The notes below the pieces were generated by a model. The model was not told the DNA's origin, did no database searches, and worked only from the letters and a program-made list of their open reading frames with translations. Of a stretch of 64,000 nucleotides of DNA, positions 19,547-29,188 are shown piece after piece. How positions within the stretch are numbered: the first letter of the stretch is position 1; each line of letters starts with the position of its first letter. Source of the DNA: Elusimicrobiota bacterium (lineage in GTDB: Bacteria; Elusimicrobiota; Elusimicrobia; UBA1565; JACRDR01); assembly GCA_041694815.1 (NCBI GenBank), contig JBGFSC010000006.1, positions 24,937-88,936 on the forward strand, read 5' to 3'. The position numbers and the translations under genes were made by a program.

Positions 19547-20680
19547 ATGACGCTACGTGTCGCGTTCGCCTTGTGGTTGGCTTGCTCGCCTGGGGGGTGG
19601 GCCCAGGATGCGATTGATCAACTTCGGGAAGCCGCGTTGGCATCAGCTTCCCGGCAGCCCGAGGCGCCGCCATATGCGGTCGGGCGCTCAATCGGGCTCA
19701 TCGTTGCCCTGGGACCGGCGTCTTTCGATCCCGAGGTAATCAAAGGGATCGTCCGGGCCGGGGCCGTCGGGCTTCGGCTCAATATGGCGCACATGGACCG
19801 GTCTAAGACGGGGCTAGTGAGCGGAGCGATCGCCGAGGCCCTCAGGGCCGTTGGCCGCGCGACAATGCCCGTGCTCTATGATTTGCCCGGTGGCAAGGTG
19901 CGTACGGGTCCCGCGCCCGAGGCAGGAAGCGTCGCTCTCCAGGCGGGCCAAGCCTTCGTCTTGTTCTACGGCGGAAAGCTCGTCTCCTCGACGGCGGATC
20001 AAGCGAGCATCGACTATCCGGATTTAGCACCCCATATCAAAATCGGCGATCGCGTGCGGATATATCAAGGCGAGATCGAGTTGCTGGTCACCGCGATGTC
20101 CGCGGGACGCATCGAGACGAGGGTGCTTCGAGGCGGGAATCTGCGCGGGCATGCGACCGTCGACTTCCCCGCGCGGGAACTTCCGTTTCCGCGCATGCGC
20201 GAGGAGGATCGGCAAAAACTGCGGATCGCCGTGGAGAACGGCGCCCTGTATATCGGCGTCTCCATGGTGCAGAGGCCGGATCAAATGGACGCGATGCGAG
20301 AGGAGCTGCTCCGGTTGGGGGCTCCGCATGCCAAGCTGGTGGCCAAGATCGAGACTTTGTCCGCGCTGGAAAACCTGGACGCTATCGTCGAGCGATCGGA
20401 CATGGTCATGATCGCGGGAGGAGATCTTTCGGCCGCCGTCGGCGACCAGGAGGCGCTATTGGCGGCCGAAGGCAAAATCGCCGAGGCGGCCGTTCGGCAC
20501 GGAAAGCCCCTTATCGCGGCGACGATCTATGAAGGCCCCGACGCCCCGCGGAAAGTCAGGCGGGCGGCCTCCTTCGGCGCCGATTACATCATGCTCGAGT
20601 CGACGGCGATGGCCTCCGACCCCGTGGGCCTCGTTTCCGGTTTTCAGGCCGTCTTAGGCGAGAGCGGCGCGAGGTTCTGA
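19547..20680 (+). CDS. Pyruvate kinase-like protein (barrel and B domain, no C domain) with signal-like peptide
   Basis: ALGPAS, RLNMAH, DLPGGKVRTG, LVAKIE, VMIAGGDL; N-terminus MTLRVAFALWLACSPGGWA. Confidence 0.8.
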   Translation: MTLRVAFALWLACSPGGWAQDAIDQLREAALASASRQPEAPPYAVGRSIGLIVALGPASFDPEVIKGIVRAGAVGLRLNMAHMDRSKTGLVSGAIAEALRAVGRATMPVLYDLPGGKVRTGPAPEAGSVALQAGQAFVLFYGGKLVSSTADQASIDYPDLAPHIKIGDRVRIYQGEIELLVTAMSAGRIETRVLRGGNLRGHATVDFPARELPFPRMREEDRQKLRIAVENGALYIGVSMVQRPDQMDAMREELLRLGAPHAKLVAKIETLSALENLDAIVERSDMVMIAGGDLSAAVGDQEALLAAEGKIAEAAVRHGKPLIAATIYEGPDAPRKVRRAASFGADYIMLESTAMASDPVGLVSGFQAVLGESGARF

Positions 20681-22192
20681 TTTTTTAGGCTCATTAGGGT
20701 CGAGCACCGGCCCCAGCGCCCAGGACAGCGCGAAGGTGCCAAAGGTTCCCAGGATCACCAGCCAGCTCCAGCCGAGCGGGAACACCTTGATCTCGGAGAG
20801 ATGTAGCAGCCAAGCGTTGAGCATGGCCATCAAGACCATCGAGGCCACGTTCGCGTTATCGGCTCGCCTCTGAGTCAACAGGCCGAAAAGAAAGACGCCC
20901 AAAAGCGAGCCGAAGGTGACGCCTCCGATCTTGAAGGCGAGCCAGAGCATTCGGTCGAAAAAACTGAAGTAATAGGCGATGGCGCCGAGCAGAACCGCGA
21001 AGACGGCTACCGCCGCGCGCGAGACGATAAGGTAATGCCGCTGGCTGGCGTCGGAGCTAATTAGCGGTTTATAAATGTCGGTGACGAATACCGCGGTCAA
21101 CGAGGCCAGCGGCGAATCAATGGAGGCCATGATGATCGCGGCCAGCACGAGGCCTCGGAGCAGAGACGGCATCACCGTGGCGGCGAAGTGAGGATAAATC
21201 TTGTCGAGTTTTTCGGGAAGCGCCATGCCTGGGTTGAGCTTGTAGAAGGCGACGAGCTCGGTGCCGATGAACATGAACAGGATCAAGACCACGAAGCTGC
21301 CGAGTATGCTCCAGACCATGGTCCTCTGGCTCTCGCCGCGGGTCTCGACGGTCAATAATTTCTGCATCAGTTCGTGGTCGGTCCCGAAGGCGGCCATGGA
21401 GCCGAAGAAGCCGTTGAGTACGGCCACCCAGAGTATGTTGGGGTCCGAAAAGAATTTCTTGAGGAAGCCCGGCTCGCCCAGGGGAGGGCCCCAATTCCAC
21501 AGCTGAAGCTGCCCCGCCTCGCCGGCGATCTTGAAGACGGCGGCCATGCCGCCCTCGATATTCCAGGCGAGGTAGAAGACGGTCGCCAGGCCCGCCCCGA
21601 TGAAGGTCAGCGCCTGGAGCACGTTGGTCCAGACCACCGCCTTGATGCCCCCGTACCCGATATAAAGCATGCCGATGAGGGAAAAGAGCGCGATGACGGG
21701 GACCAGGTGCCAGCCGAGCAGCACGCTGACCGCCAGACAGGCGGCCATCAGGCGGACGCCGGAGGCGAGCAATCGGGTCACGAAGAAGAAGCAGGTCGCC
21801 GTGTATTGGGTGCGCCTCCCGAAACGGTGGAGCAGGAACTCGTAGATCGTCGTGCACTTGAATTTATAGAAGGCCGGTATGAAGAGGAAGGCGATCACGA
21901 TCTTGGAGGAAGCCGATCCGATGAAGAATTGGGCGTAGTTCCAATTCTCGCGGAACGTGGTGGCCGGAACCCCGACGATCGTCATGGCCGATATCTCGGT
22001 CGCGACGATGGAAAGGCAGGCGACGAACACGGGGATCTCGCGCCGGCCGAGGAAAAAGTCCTCGGTGGAGAACTGCCTCCTGCCGAAATACCAGCCGACG
22101 AAAAACATGAAGGCGAGGATCCCGCCGACGACGGCCATGTCGGCGCCGCCGAGATTGGTCTGACCCGAGAAGTACGACGTCCAGTCGTTCAA
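20654..22192 (-). CDS. Sodium:solute symporter (SSS) family
   Basis: DFFLGRR, SIVATEISAMTIVGVP, GGIKAVVWT, many TM helices; TTG start coupled to the pfpI stop. Confidence 0.9.
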   Translation of the reverse strand: MNDWTSYFSGQTNLGGADMAVVGGILAFMFFVGWYFGRRQFSTEDFFLGRREIPVFVACLSIVATEISAMTIVGVPATTFRENWNYAQFFIGSASSKIVIAFLFIPAFYKFKCTTIYEFLLHRFGRRTQYTATCFFFVTRLLASGVRLMAACLAVSVLLGWHLVPVIALFSLIGMLYIGYGGIKAVVWTNVLQALTFIGAGLATVFYLAWNIEGGMAAVFKIAGEAGQLQLWNWGPPLGEPGFLKKFFSDPNILWVAVLNGFFGSMAAFGTDHELMQKLLTVETRGESQRTMVWSILGSFVVLILFMFIGTELVAFYKLNPGMALPEKLDKIYPHFAATVMPSLLRGLVLAAIIMASIDSPLASLTAVFVTDIYKPLISSDASQRHYLIVSRAAVAVFAVLLGAIAYYFSFFDRMLWLAFKIGGVTFGSLLGVFLFGLLTQRRADNANVASMVLMAMLNAWLLHLSEIKVFPLGWSWLVILGTFGTFALSWALGPVLDPNEPKKSEPRAALA

Positions 22193-22704
22193 CGCGTCTC
22201 CAGGGTCTCGAGCAGGGCCCGGCAGAAGGCGGGGAGGTCGTCGGGCTTGCGCGCGGTGATGAGATTGCCGTCCACGCACGTTTCCTCGTCGACCCAGCGC
22301 GCCCCGGCGGCCTCCAGGTCCGCGCGGATCGCGAAGAAGGAGGTCACGGTCCGGCCCCGCAAGATGCCGGCGGAGACGAGCACGGAGCCAGCATGGCAGA
22401 TGGCGGCGACGGTCTTGCCAGCCTTGAAGCAGTCGCGGACCAGGGCGACGACGCTCTCGTGCCTCCTGAGGAAATCGGGGGCCCAGCCTCCCGGGATCAA
22501 GACGGCGTCCAGATCGCCGACCTTCACGTCGCCCGCCGAAAGCTCCGCCTCGATCGGGTATCCGTATTTTCCCTTGTATAGCTTCGCCGAGCCGGAGCCG
22601 ATCACGCGGACGCGGTGACCGGCTTCCCGAAGCCGGTAATAAGGGTACCAGACTTCGAGATCCTGGTAATCCTGCTCGACGAGCAGGCCGATGGTCTTAG
22701 CCAT
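22189..22704 (-). CDS. pfpI: PfpI/DJ-1 family protein
   Basis: DLEVWYP, IPGGWAPD, AAICHA, VDGNLITARKPDDLPAF. Confidence 0.9.
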   Translation of the reverse strand: MAKTIGLLVEQDYQDLEVWYPYYRLREAGHRVRVIGSGSAKLYKGKYGYPIEAELSAGDVKVGDLDAVLIPGGWAPDFLRRHESVVALVRDCFKAGKTVAAICHAGSVLVSAGILRGRTVTSFFAIRADLEAAGARWVDEETCVDGNLITARKPDDLPAFCRALLETLETR

Positions 22705-23102
22705 CAATGGTGCAGGTAGGGCCGGGGAAGCGGCCGGCGCCCGGCGAAACCCTCATCCATGCCGTGATAATGTCGGATGTTCTTTTCACCCTCGCGCCAG
22801 CACAGGTACACATCTTCTCCGCCCAGGCGGTGGGGAAAATCGACTAAGGCAGGGTCGAGGCCCTTGAGCACCGCGCCCATCGTCTCGATGCCTCGCAAAT
22901 TCTGCTCTAGACACTGGGCGAGAAACTCAAGCTGCGATTTCTCGATGGCGATCTGGGCCGGGTCGGTCGCCGCCGCCTCCTCCAGGAGGCGGATGCGACC
23001 CAGCTTGTCCTGGGCCTTGGAGCGTATTTCGTGCGCCAGGGCGAAAATCTTCTCCAACTCGGGGATGCGTTGCTGTGCCTCCTCGTGCGAGAAATATTTC
23101 AC
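22704..23102 (-). CDS. DUF2203 family protein
   Basis: LKGLDPALVDFP, VYLCWREGE, YHGMDEGFAGRRPL. Confidence 0.88.
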   Translation of the reverse strand: MKYFSHEEAQQRIPELEKIFALAHEIRSKAQDKLGRIRLLEEAAATDPAQIAIEKSQLEFLAQCLEQNLRGIETMGAVLKGLDPALVDFPHRLGGEDVYLCWREGEKNIRHYHGMDEGFAGRRPLPRPYLHH

Positions 23103-23123
23103 CGTCCGGATTATACCTAATCG

Positions 23124-23636
23124 TCATCTTGTTGTCCCCTTGGGGGATGTTTCAGCAGGCGCGCCGTCGACGATCCTGCCAATGAGTATCTCAGCGGCGG
23201 CCAGCGGCAGCCCGTTGAGGTTGAAGAAGGCCGAGACGATCCCCGCGAAGGCGCCGCCGGCCGCCACGGCGAGAAGCGTTCCGGCGAGGCCCAGGGCTAG
23301 CGCGCCGCCGGCGCCCGGGGCGCCCATGCGGCTGCAATGGGCCCACCCTCCCAGGGGAAGCGCCGAAAGGGCGCAGAGCATCCACGGGAAAAACGCCCAG
23401 TAGAACCAATGGCTTGGGCGACGCTCCAAGGCGGCCCAAAAGGCCAGGACCAGGCCCGCGCACCACAACGTTAGCGCGAAGGTGGGGATCGGCTCGCGCA
23501 GCAGCGACGGAGAAATCAGGACTAGGAGCGCCCCGGCGCCAGCATAGGCGTACGCCAGCCCGCGCGCGCCGCGGCGCGAGAGGAATAGGGAATCGCGCGC
23601 GGATTTGAGGGCGCCTAGCGTCGCGATCAGCCTCAT
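23124..23636 (-). CDS. Hypothetical membrane protein
   Basis: About 4 hydrophobic segments; fills the gap between neighbours. Confidence 0.55.
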   Translation of the reverse strand: MRLIATLGALKSARDSLFLSRRGARGLAYAYAGAGALLVLISPSLLREPIPTFALTLWCAGLVLAFWAALERRPSHWFYWAFFPWMLCALSALPLGGWAHCSRMGAPGAGGALALGLAGTLLAVAAGGAFAGIVSAFFNLNGLPLAAAEILIGRIVDGAPAETSPKGTTR

Positions 23637-23742
23637 GGGGTTCGGCCCGATAGGGCCATTATAGGCGCGTGACTTAAGCGTCGAGCATGCGTGGTGCGTA
23701 AATTGTTTATCGGCTCCGAGTGAAGATGCTAAAATACGGCCT

Positions 23743-24042
23743 ATGCCCGAGCCTTCTGATGAGCTACTGAGACAGATTGAGGCTGCCTACGACTACCGCG
23801 GCCACGTGACCTTGCGCCTGCTCGGCGGGGAGACCATCGAGGGTTTCGTCTACAACCGCGAGGGCCGCAATCCGCGCGCCCGCGAGGACCGATTTATCGA
23901 CGTGATGGTCAAGGACAGCGATTTAAGGCGGCGCATCCGCTTCTCGGAGCTGGCCTCGATCGCGTTGACCGGCGAGGATTTCGCCGCCGGAAAATCCTAC
24001 GAAGACTACCTAAAGAAGAAGCAGCAGGGCCTGGCCCCTTAG
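23743..24042 (+). CDS. Hypothetical protein
   Basis: Normal composition; TAAAAT 7 nt upstream of the ATG. Confidence 0.7.
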   Translation: MPEPSDELLRQIEAAYDYRGHVTLRLLGGETIEGFVYNREGRNPRAREDRFIDVMVKDSDLRRRIRFSELASIALTGEDFAAGKSYEDYLKKKQQGLAP

Positions 24043-25448
24043 TCGGCGTGGCCGATAGGCCTTAGGTCCCCGGGCTCTTTTCCGCCGGAGGGCAGAGAGA
24101 AGCTATGGGGCCTGGAGAGCTCGACCTGCCTGAGCAGGCGCGCCGAGAGCTCGTGCACGATTTCCGGATGCTCCCGGCTGACCTCGCGAAGCTCTTGGGG
24201 GTCGTTTTGTAGATCGTAGAGCTCGTAGCGGTCCTTGTCGAGACGCCAGATGAGCTTCCACCGCTTATCGCGGATTACGCGTTCATCAATCGTCAAATCG
24301 GTGCTGGAGGCCATATTCCGCTTGGAGCTCGCGTAGGCGTACGGGCGATGGGGGGCCGAGGGGTCGCGCAGCAGTGGGAGAAGGCTTTGGCCTTGCAATT
24401 CGGCGCCATCATGAGGGGCTTGGGCAATGTCGAGTATGGTGGGTACCAGGTCGATGCGCTGCACGGGCTCCGATACGCGGCGCCCCGCCGATTGGGGAAA
24501 GCCAGGGTGGCGGATGAGCAACGGGACACGCAGCACCGGCTCGTAGAGGCCTTCGGTGTGGCCTAGCAGCCCGTGCTCGCCGAGCAGCTCGCCGTGGTCG
24601 GCGGTCACGATAAGGACGGTGTTCTCCCACAGGCCCAGGGCCTTGAGCCGCTGGGTAAAGCGGGCGACGAGCCGGTCGACCGAATGCAGGGCGGCGTCGT
24701 AATGGGCGCTCAGGTGTTTTAAATGCTTTGGGTCTTGCCGGAATATCGCCAGCTTGCGGTCCAGTTCCTCTTTCTCCGGCAGGGTCTCGCCGTTAAAGGC
24801 CCTAAAGAAGCGCACGTTGAGCGTCGCGGTGTCATGGACGATCCCCTCGTATCCCGGATCGAACCGCTCGGGATCCTCCGACTGGTAAGGCGCGTGCAGG
24901 TCATCGACGGCGGCGTAGACGAAGAACGGCGATTTCTTATTGGCCTTCACCCAGTCGACGATCTTGGGCGAAAGCTCGGCGAAGGAGCGGGGCATCGCGG
25001 TCGCCGTCGAGAAAAGATTTACGTATTCGTCGAAGCCGCGCTGCAGGCCCCAGGCGGGCATGAGGTAGATGCCGCCGCTGAAGGCCGCCGTGCGGTAGCC
25101 CGCCTCCCCGAGCCGCGAGGCGAGGGTCGTCTCGAAATCCGCCAGCTTTCGGAACGGGAGGTTCGTGTACTGCCCGTGCACCTCGGGGGTATGCCCTGTG
25201 AATAAGCTGGCGTAATTCGGCAGGCACCAGGAGGATTGGGCGATCGCCTGGTCGAAGACCAGCGAATCCTTGGCCAGCGCATCGATGCCGGGCGTCGTGG
25301 GCTTGGGGTAGCCGTAGACACCGAAGTGGTCGGCGCGCGCCGAGCAGATGTCGAGCACGACGACGTTCTTGGGGTTCTCGGCGTAGCCGAGGGCGGGCAG
25401 CGAAAAAAGGAGTAAGGCGGCCTTAAGGGCGGAGATTCTGCTGCTCAC
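24039..25448 (-). CDS. Exported sulfatase-like hydrolase
   Basis: Signal peptide; ARADH, SSWCLPNYASLFTG, LHAPY, TADHGE, ELYDLQNDPQE. Confidence 0.88.
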   Translation of the reverse strand: MSSRISALKAALLLFSLPALGYAENPKNVVVLDICSARADHFGVYGYPKPTTPGIDALAKDSLVFDQAIAQSSWCLPNYASLFTGHTPEVHGQYTNLPFRKLADFETTLASRLGEAGYRTAAFSGGIYLMPAWGLQRGFDEYVNLFSTATAMPRSFAELSPKIVDWVKANKKSPFFVYAAVDDLHAPYQSEDPERFDPGYEGIVHDTATLNVRFFRAFNGETLPEKEELDRKLAIFRQDPKHLKHLSAHYDAALHSVDRLVARFTQRLKALGLWENTVLIVTADHGELLGEHGLLGHTEGLYEPVLRVPLLIRHPGFPQSAGRRVSEPVQRIDLVPTILDIAQAPHDGAELQGQSLLPLLRDPSAPHRPYAYASSKRNMASSTDLTIDERVIRDKRWKLIWRLDKDRYELYDLQNDPQELREVSREHPEIVHELSARLLRQVELSRPHSFSLPSGGKEPGDLRPIGHAD

Positions 25449-25638
25449 GTTGCTCCAGTTGCCGCAGCTCCTCGCGGCTCTTCTGGAGGTTCTCCTCCAT
25501 CGAGGCCAGGAATTTCTTGGCGTAGACTAGCTCGAGGTCGTCGGGTTTGTAGAAAGGGATCTCGTACTTAGTCCGTTCGATACCCTCCTCCAGGCCCATG
25601 ATCAGCCGCTGTAGGAAGTGCCTACGGTCCATTTCCAT
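25423..25638 (-). CDS. Small hypothetical protein
   Basis: 71 aa helical; TAGACT 7 nt upstream; overlaps the sulfatase start. Confidence 0.6.
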   Translation of the reverse strand: MEMDRRHFLQRLIMGLEEGIERTKYEIPFYKPDDLELVYAKKFLASMEENLQKSREELRQLEQREQQNLRP

Positions 25639-25682
25639 CCTGAATAGTCTATTCCTTAACGGAGCGCCTTTGCAAGATAGTC

Positions 25683-25768
25683 AGGTGTCAGACTTTAACT
25701 TTTTGAACTTTTGGGACTAATTCGTTCAGATAAGTTCCAAGAGTTCAAAAAGTTAAAGTCTGACACCT
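25683..25768. repeat. AT-rich inverted-repeat element (GGTGYCAG family, copy 1)
   Basis: 32-bp arms 25683-25714 and 25737-25768, 31/32 complementary: AGGTGTCAGACTTTAACTTTTTGAACTYTTGG. Confidence 0.9.
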
Positions 25769-26441
25769 ATCGCGAGCCGTCCCAGGGATCGCCGAAATGC
25801 TCGGCGAAGACGACGCGCGAGAGTTCGAAGCGGCCGCCGTAGGGCTTGTCGGGCTCGCGCCCGTAGCCGATCGCCAGCAGGGCGAGCACTCGGACCCTCT
25901 CGGGGATGCCGAAAGCCGCGCGCACCTTCGCCTCGTCGAACCCTTCCATGGGCGCGGTGTCGAGCCCGTAGCATTCGGCCGCGAGAAGCAGGTGGGTGAA
26001 GGCGATCAGTGTCTGGCGCGTGACCCAGATGTCGAGGTCGGTCGAGCTCAGGTAATCAGTGGCGCTTTGCCGCATGCCCGCGGCCATGCGCTCGTTATAG
26101 ATGGCGCCCGCCTCCTTGCCGATGCGCAGCATTTCCTCGATATCCTCGCGCCAGGCCTGGGGGTCTCCACAGGCGATGACGACCACCGGTGCCTCCTCCA
26201 CCTTCGACTGGCCGAAGGCGGCCTCGCGCAATTTCTTCCGGTTGGCGGGATCGCGGACGACGATAAAGCGCCAAGGCTGTAGGTTGTATCCCGAGGGGGC
26301 TAGCGTCGCTAGTTCTAGTAGCTCCTGTAGCAGGGCTTCCGGCACCGGGTCGGGCTTGAAATGCGGGGTGGCCCGGCGGCGCTGTATCGCCGCGCCCAGG
26401 GCCAGTGTCTGTTGGCGAAAGGGAATGTTCAAGGTCCTCAT
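25767..26441 (-). CDS. Nitroreductase family protein
   Basis: RRATPHF, APSGYNLQPWRF, GLDTAPMEGFD, LLAIGY. Confidence 0.92.
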   Translation of the reverse strand: MRTLNIPFRQQTLALGAAIQRRRATPHFKPDPVPEALLQELLELATLAPSGYNLQPWRFIVVRDPANRKKLREAAFGQSKVEEAPVVVIACGDPQAWREDIEEMLRIGKEAGAIYNERMAAGMRQSATDYLSSTDLDIWVTRQTLIAFTHLLLAAECYGLDTAPMEGFDEAKVRAAFGIPERVRVLALLAIGYGREPDKPYGGRFELSRVVFAEHFGDPWDGSR

Positions 26442-26533
26442 GGAACCCTAGTATAGCCAGTGGCGTAGGCCGTGTCCGTCGTCATTCTGTAAATTCGAGG
26501 TATTCGGAATTTGCAATAATTCGCGGCCTGCTG

Positions 26534-28351
26534 TCAGAATTCGGGCAACGATTGACGCAGGTTTTGAAAGCGCCTCCAGGGATCTATGCCTCGCAGGCGC
26601 GGCTCGATGTTGTCGATCGTGTAAAAATCCGGTCCTGGCAACTCGGCCAGCTCCTTCCAGGAGAGCGGAGTAGCGATGGGTGCTCCGTTCTTGGCGCGGG
26701 TCGAGTACGCCGCGACGGCCGTTGCTCCCCGATTGTTGCGGAGGTAGTCGATGAATATCTTGCCGCGGCGCTGAGCCTTGCCTAGCCGGGCAGTATAGCG
26801 GTCGGGTTTTTCCAGCGCGAGGCTTTCGGCCACCGCCTTAGAAAAGGCCTTGACCCGTTCCCAGCCGTCCTTCGGGCGCAACGGTACGACTATATGCAGA
26901 CCTTTGCTACCGGTGCTTTTAGGGAAGCTCTCCAGTCGAAACCCCTTGAGCTTATCGCGTAGGGCGAAGGCCGCTTCCACGACCATGCTCCAGGCCACCC
27001 CCGGCGCCGGATCGAGATCGAAGGTCATGAGATCGGGCTTGTCGACCTGCTTGATCCGGCAGCCCCAGGGATGCAGCTCGAGCGCGCCTAATTGCGCCAG
27101 ATAGATCAGGCCCGCGAGATCCTTGATGTAGATGTACGTCCGGGCTTCCCCCTTTTCGTCTATCTCGATGCGGCCGATGGAGGGGGGAAAGGCCTCCTGC
27201 GCGTGCTTCTGAAAGAAACAATCGCGCCGGTGGCCTTCCGGGCAGCGCAGCAAGGCCAGCGGCCTCCGAGCCACGTGGGGGAGCATCCGTTCGGCGGCCC
27301 GCGCGTAATAATCCGCCAAAGCCCGCTTCGTGATTCCCTGCTCGGGATAGAGCACGCGTTCGGGATGGCTCAGACGGATGCCCGCGATGATCGGCTCCGG
27401 CCGCTCGAGCACGATCTCCTCCGGGCCCTTATCCTCGCGGAGGCCCTGAAAGCGCGCTTGGCGCAGCCGGCGGTCGCGGGTCCATTCGGCGAAGTCGATC
27501 TCGGCTACCAATTCGGGCCTCACCCAATGCGCCTTAGTGGCGCCTGTTCCCTCGGGAGGCCTGGAGAAGGGGCAGGTCGCGCTGCGAATGGCCGAGAGCT
27601 TGCGGCCCAAGTCGCGGAGCATGCCCTCCGTGAAGCCCGTGCCGACCTTGCCGCAATATTCGATTCCCCCGTCGCGTCGCAGGCCCAGGAGCAGCGAACC
27701 GAACGTCGAGCGCGCGCCGCGAGGCTCGGTGTATCCCCCGATGAGGAATTCCTGCCGCTGGATGCATTTGACCTTGAGCCAGCGGCTCGAGCGGCCCGAG
27801 ACGTACGGCAGGCCCTTGCTTTTGGAAACGATGCCCTCCAGGCGGAGGCGGCAGGCTTGACGGTAGACCTGGGTCCCGCGCCCCTCCACGTGATCGCTGT
27901 AGCGCAGCTTCCCGCCGGCCGCCTCGCGCAGGAGCTCCGCGAGGCGGCGCTTGCGCTCGACTAGGGGCAGGGGGCGCAGGTCCTTGCCGTTTAGGTGGAG
28001 CAGATCGAACAAATAATAAACCAGGCGGCTGGGGTCCCGGGCGCTCAAGGCCTCCTGCATGGCGTGGAAGGAGGAGGCCCCTCGTTCGTCGAGCGCGACG
28101 ATCTCGCCGTCGACGATCGCGGACGCCGCGGGCAGCCTCGCCAAGGCCTCGGCCAGCGGCGAGAACCTGTCCGTCCAATCGTTGCCCTTGCGCGTCAGCA
28201 GCCGGGCTCTGCCGGATTCCAGGAAGCCCAGGGCCCGATATCCGTCGAACTTGACTTCGTGGATCCAGCCTGGACCATCGGGGACCTTTTCGGCGAGCGC
28301 GGCCAACTGGGGCGCGAAGAACGCGGGCAGCGGCGGCGCTTTAGGGGCCAT
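26534..28351 (-). CDS. ligD: NHEJ DNA ligase D (ligase and polymerase domains)
   Basis: HEVKFDGYR, LEGIVSK, WLKVKC, GKVGTGF; then LSHPERVLYP, FFQKH, FDLDP, KSTGSKGLH, IFIDYLRN. Confidence 0.94.
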   Translation of the reverse strand: MAPKAPPLPAFFAPQLAALAEKVPDGPGWIHEVKFDGYRALGFLESGRARLLTRKGNDWTDRFSPLAEALARLPAASAIVDGEIVALDERGASSFHAMQEALSARDPSRLVYYLFDLLHLNGKDLRPLPLVERKRRLAELLREAAGGKLRYSDHVEGRGTQVYRQACRLRLEGIVSKSKGLPYVSGRSSRWLKVKCIQRQEFLIGGYTEPRGARSTFGSLLLGLRRDGGIEYCGKVGTGFTEGMLRDLGRKLSAIRSATCPFSRPPEGTGATKAHWVRPELVAEIDFAEWTRDRRLRQARFQGLREDKGPEEIVLERPEPIIAGIRLSHPERVLYPEQGITKRALADYYARAAERMLPHVARRPLALLRCPEGHRRDCFFQKHAQEAFPPSIGRIEIDEKGEARTYIYIKDLAGLIYLAQLGALELHPWGCRIKQVDKPDLMTFDLDPAPGVAWSMVVEAAFALRDKLKGFRLESFPKSTGSKGLHIVVPLRPKDGWERVKAFSKAVAESLALEKPDRYTARLGKAQRRGKIFIDYLRNNRGATAVAAYSTRAKNGAPIATPLSWKELAELPGPDFYTIDNIEPRLRGIDPWRRFQNLRQSLPEF

Positions 28352-29178
28352 CAATGCAGGGTTCGGGAGGCGTGAGCGCCTCGATGTCGCGTTTCCCCAT
28401 GAGCCAGGCTCCGCTTGAGCAGCTGCATGATGTCGGCCGGCGGCGTCGGCGTTTTAGTCTCGGCCGGTAGGGCTAGGGGTTCGACCTTGCCCTTTTCGGC
28501 CTTTTTCCGTATGAAGGCGAGCAGTTCCTCGCGGTAGCGGTCCTTGTATTGCCGCGGGTCCCAAAGCGCGGAGAGATCGTCGATGAGGCGCTCGGCCATC
28601 TTGAGTTCCCCCTCGGATATCTTGAGCTTGCGCGGGTCGCGGGCGGGCAATTTAAGGTGGCCAGGATCGCGCAACTCCTGCTGGTAGCGCAGCAGGTTGA
28701 GCACCAGCGCCTCTTTATGCGGCACGAGCGCAGCCAGGTGCTCCTTGGCGTGCAGGACCACCGTGGCGATGCCGACCTTGCCGCTGCGCTTGAGCGCCTC
28801 GCGCAGCAGCGCGTAGGCCTTGTCGCTGCCTCCCATCGGCTCTAGGTAATACGGCTTGTCGAAATAGACCGCTTCGATGGCCGATCGCTCAACGAAGGCC
28901 GAGATGTCGATGCGCTGGCTGCGCCCCGGAGAGGCGCGTTTCAAGTCCTCATCCGTCAACAGCACGTACTCCCCATCGGAGATCTCGTATCCCTTGACGA
29001 TCTCATCCTTGCCCACCGGCTCGCCCGTGCGTTTGTTGACCTTCCGGTAACCGACGGGGGACATGTCGCGCTTGTCGATCCAGTTGAGGTTAAGCGCGTC
29101 CGGGTGCTCGCCCGGATGCAGCGCCACCTGGACATTCACCAGGCCGAAGCTGAGGCTTCCCTTCCATACGGCGGCCAT
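28351..29178 (-). CDS. ku: Ku protein
   Basis: WKGSLSFGLVNV, IVKGYE, YFDKPYYL, AYALLREAL; adjacent to ligD. Confidence 0.95.
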   Translation of the reverse strand: MAAVWKGSLSFGLVNVQVALHPGEHPDALNLNWIDKRDMSPVGYRKVNKRTGEPVGKDEIVKGYEISDGEYVLLTDEDLKRASPGRSQRIDISAFVERSAIEAVYFDKPYYLEPMGGSDKAYALLREALKRSGKVGIATVVLHAKEHLAALVPHKEALVLNLLRYQQELRDPGHLKLPARDPRKLKISEGELKMAERLIDDLSALWDPRQYKDRYREELLAFIRKKAEKGKVEPLALPAETKTPTPPADIMQLLKRSLAHGETRHRGAHASRTLH

Positions 29179-29188
29179 GTCGTCCCGC

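Noticed and set aside
23636..23665. Weak box-like sequence (TGGGGTTCGGCCCGA...TAGGGCCA) near 23640
   Set aside because: No triplet at 23-24 bp period and not positioned 38 bp upstream of a -10; a similar lone match at 30855 was also dismissed.
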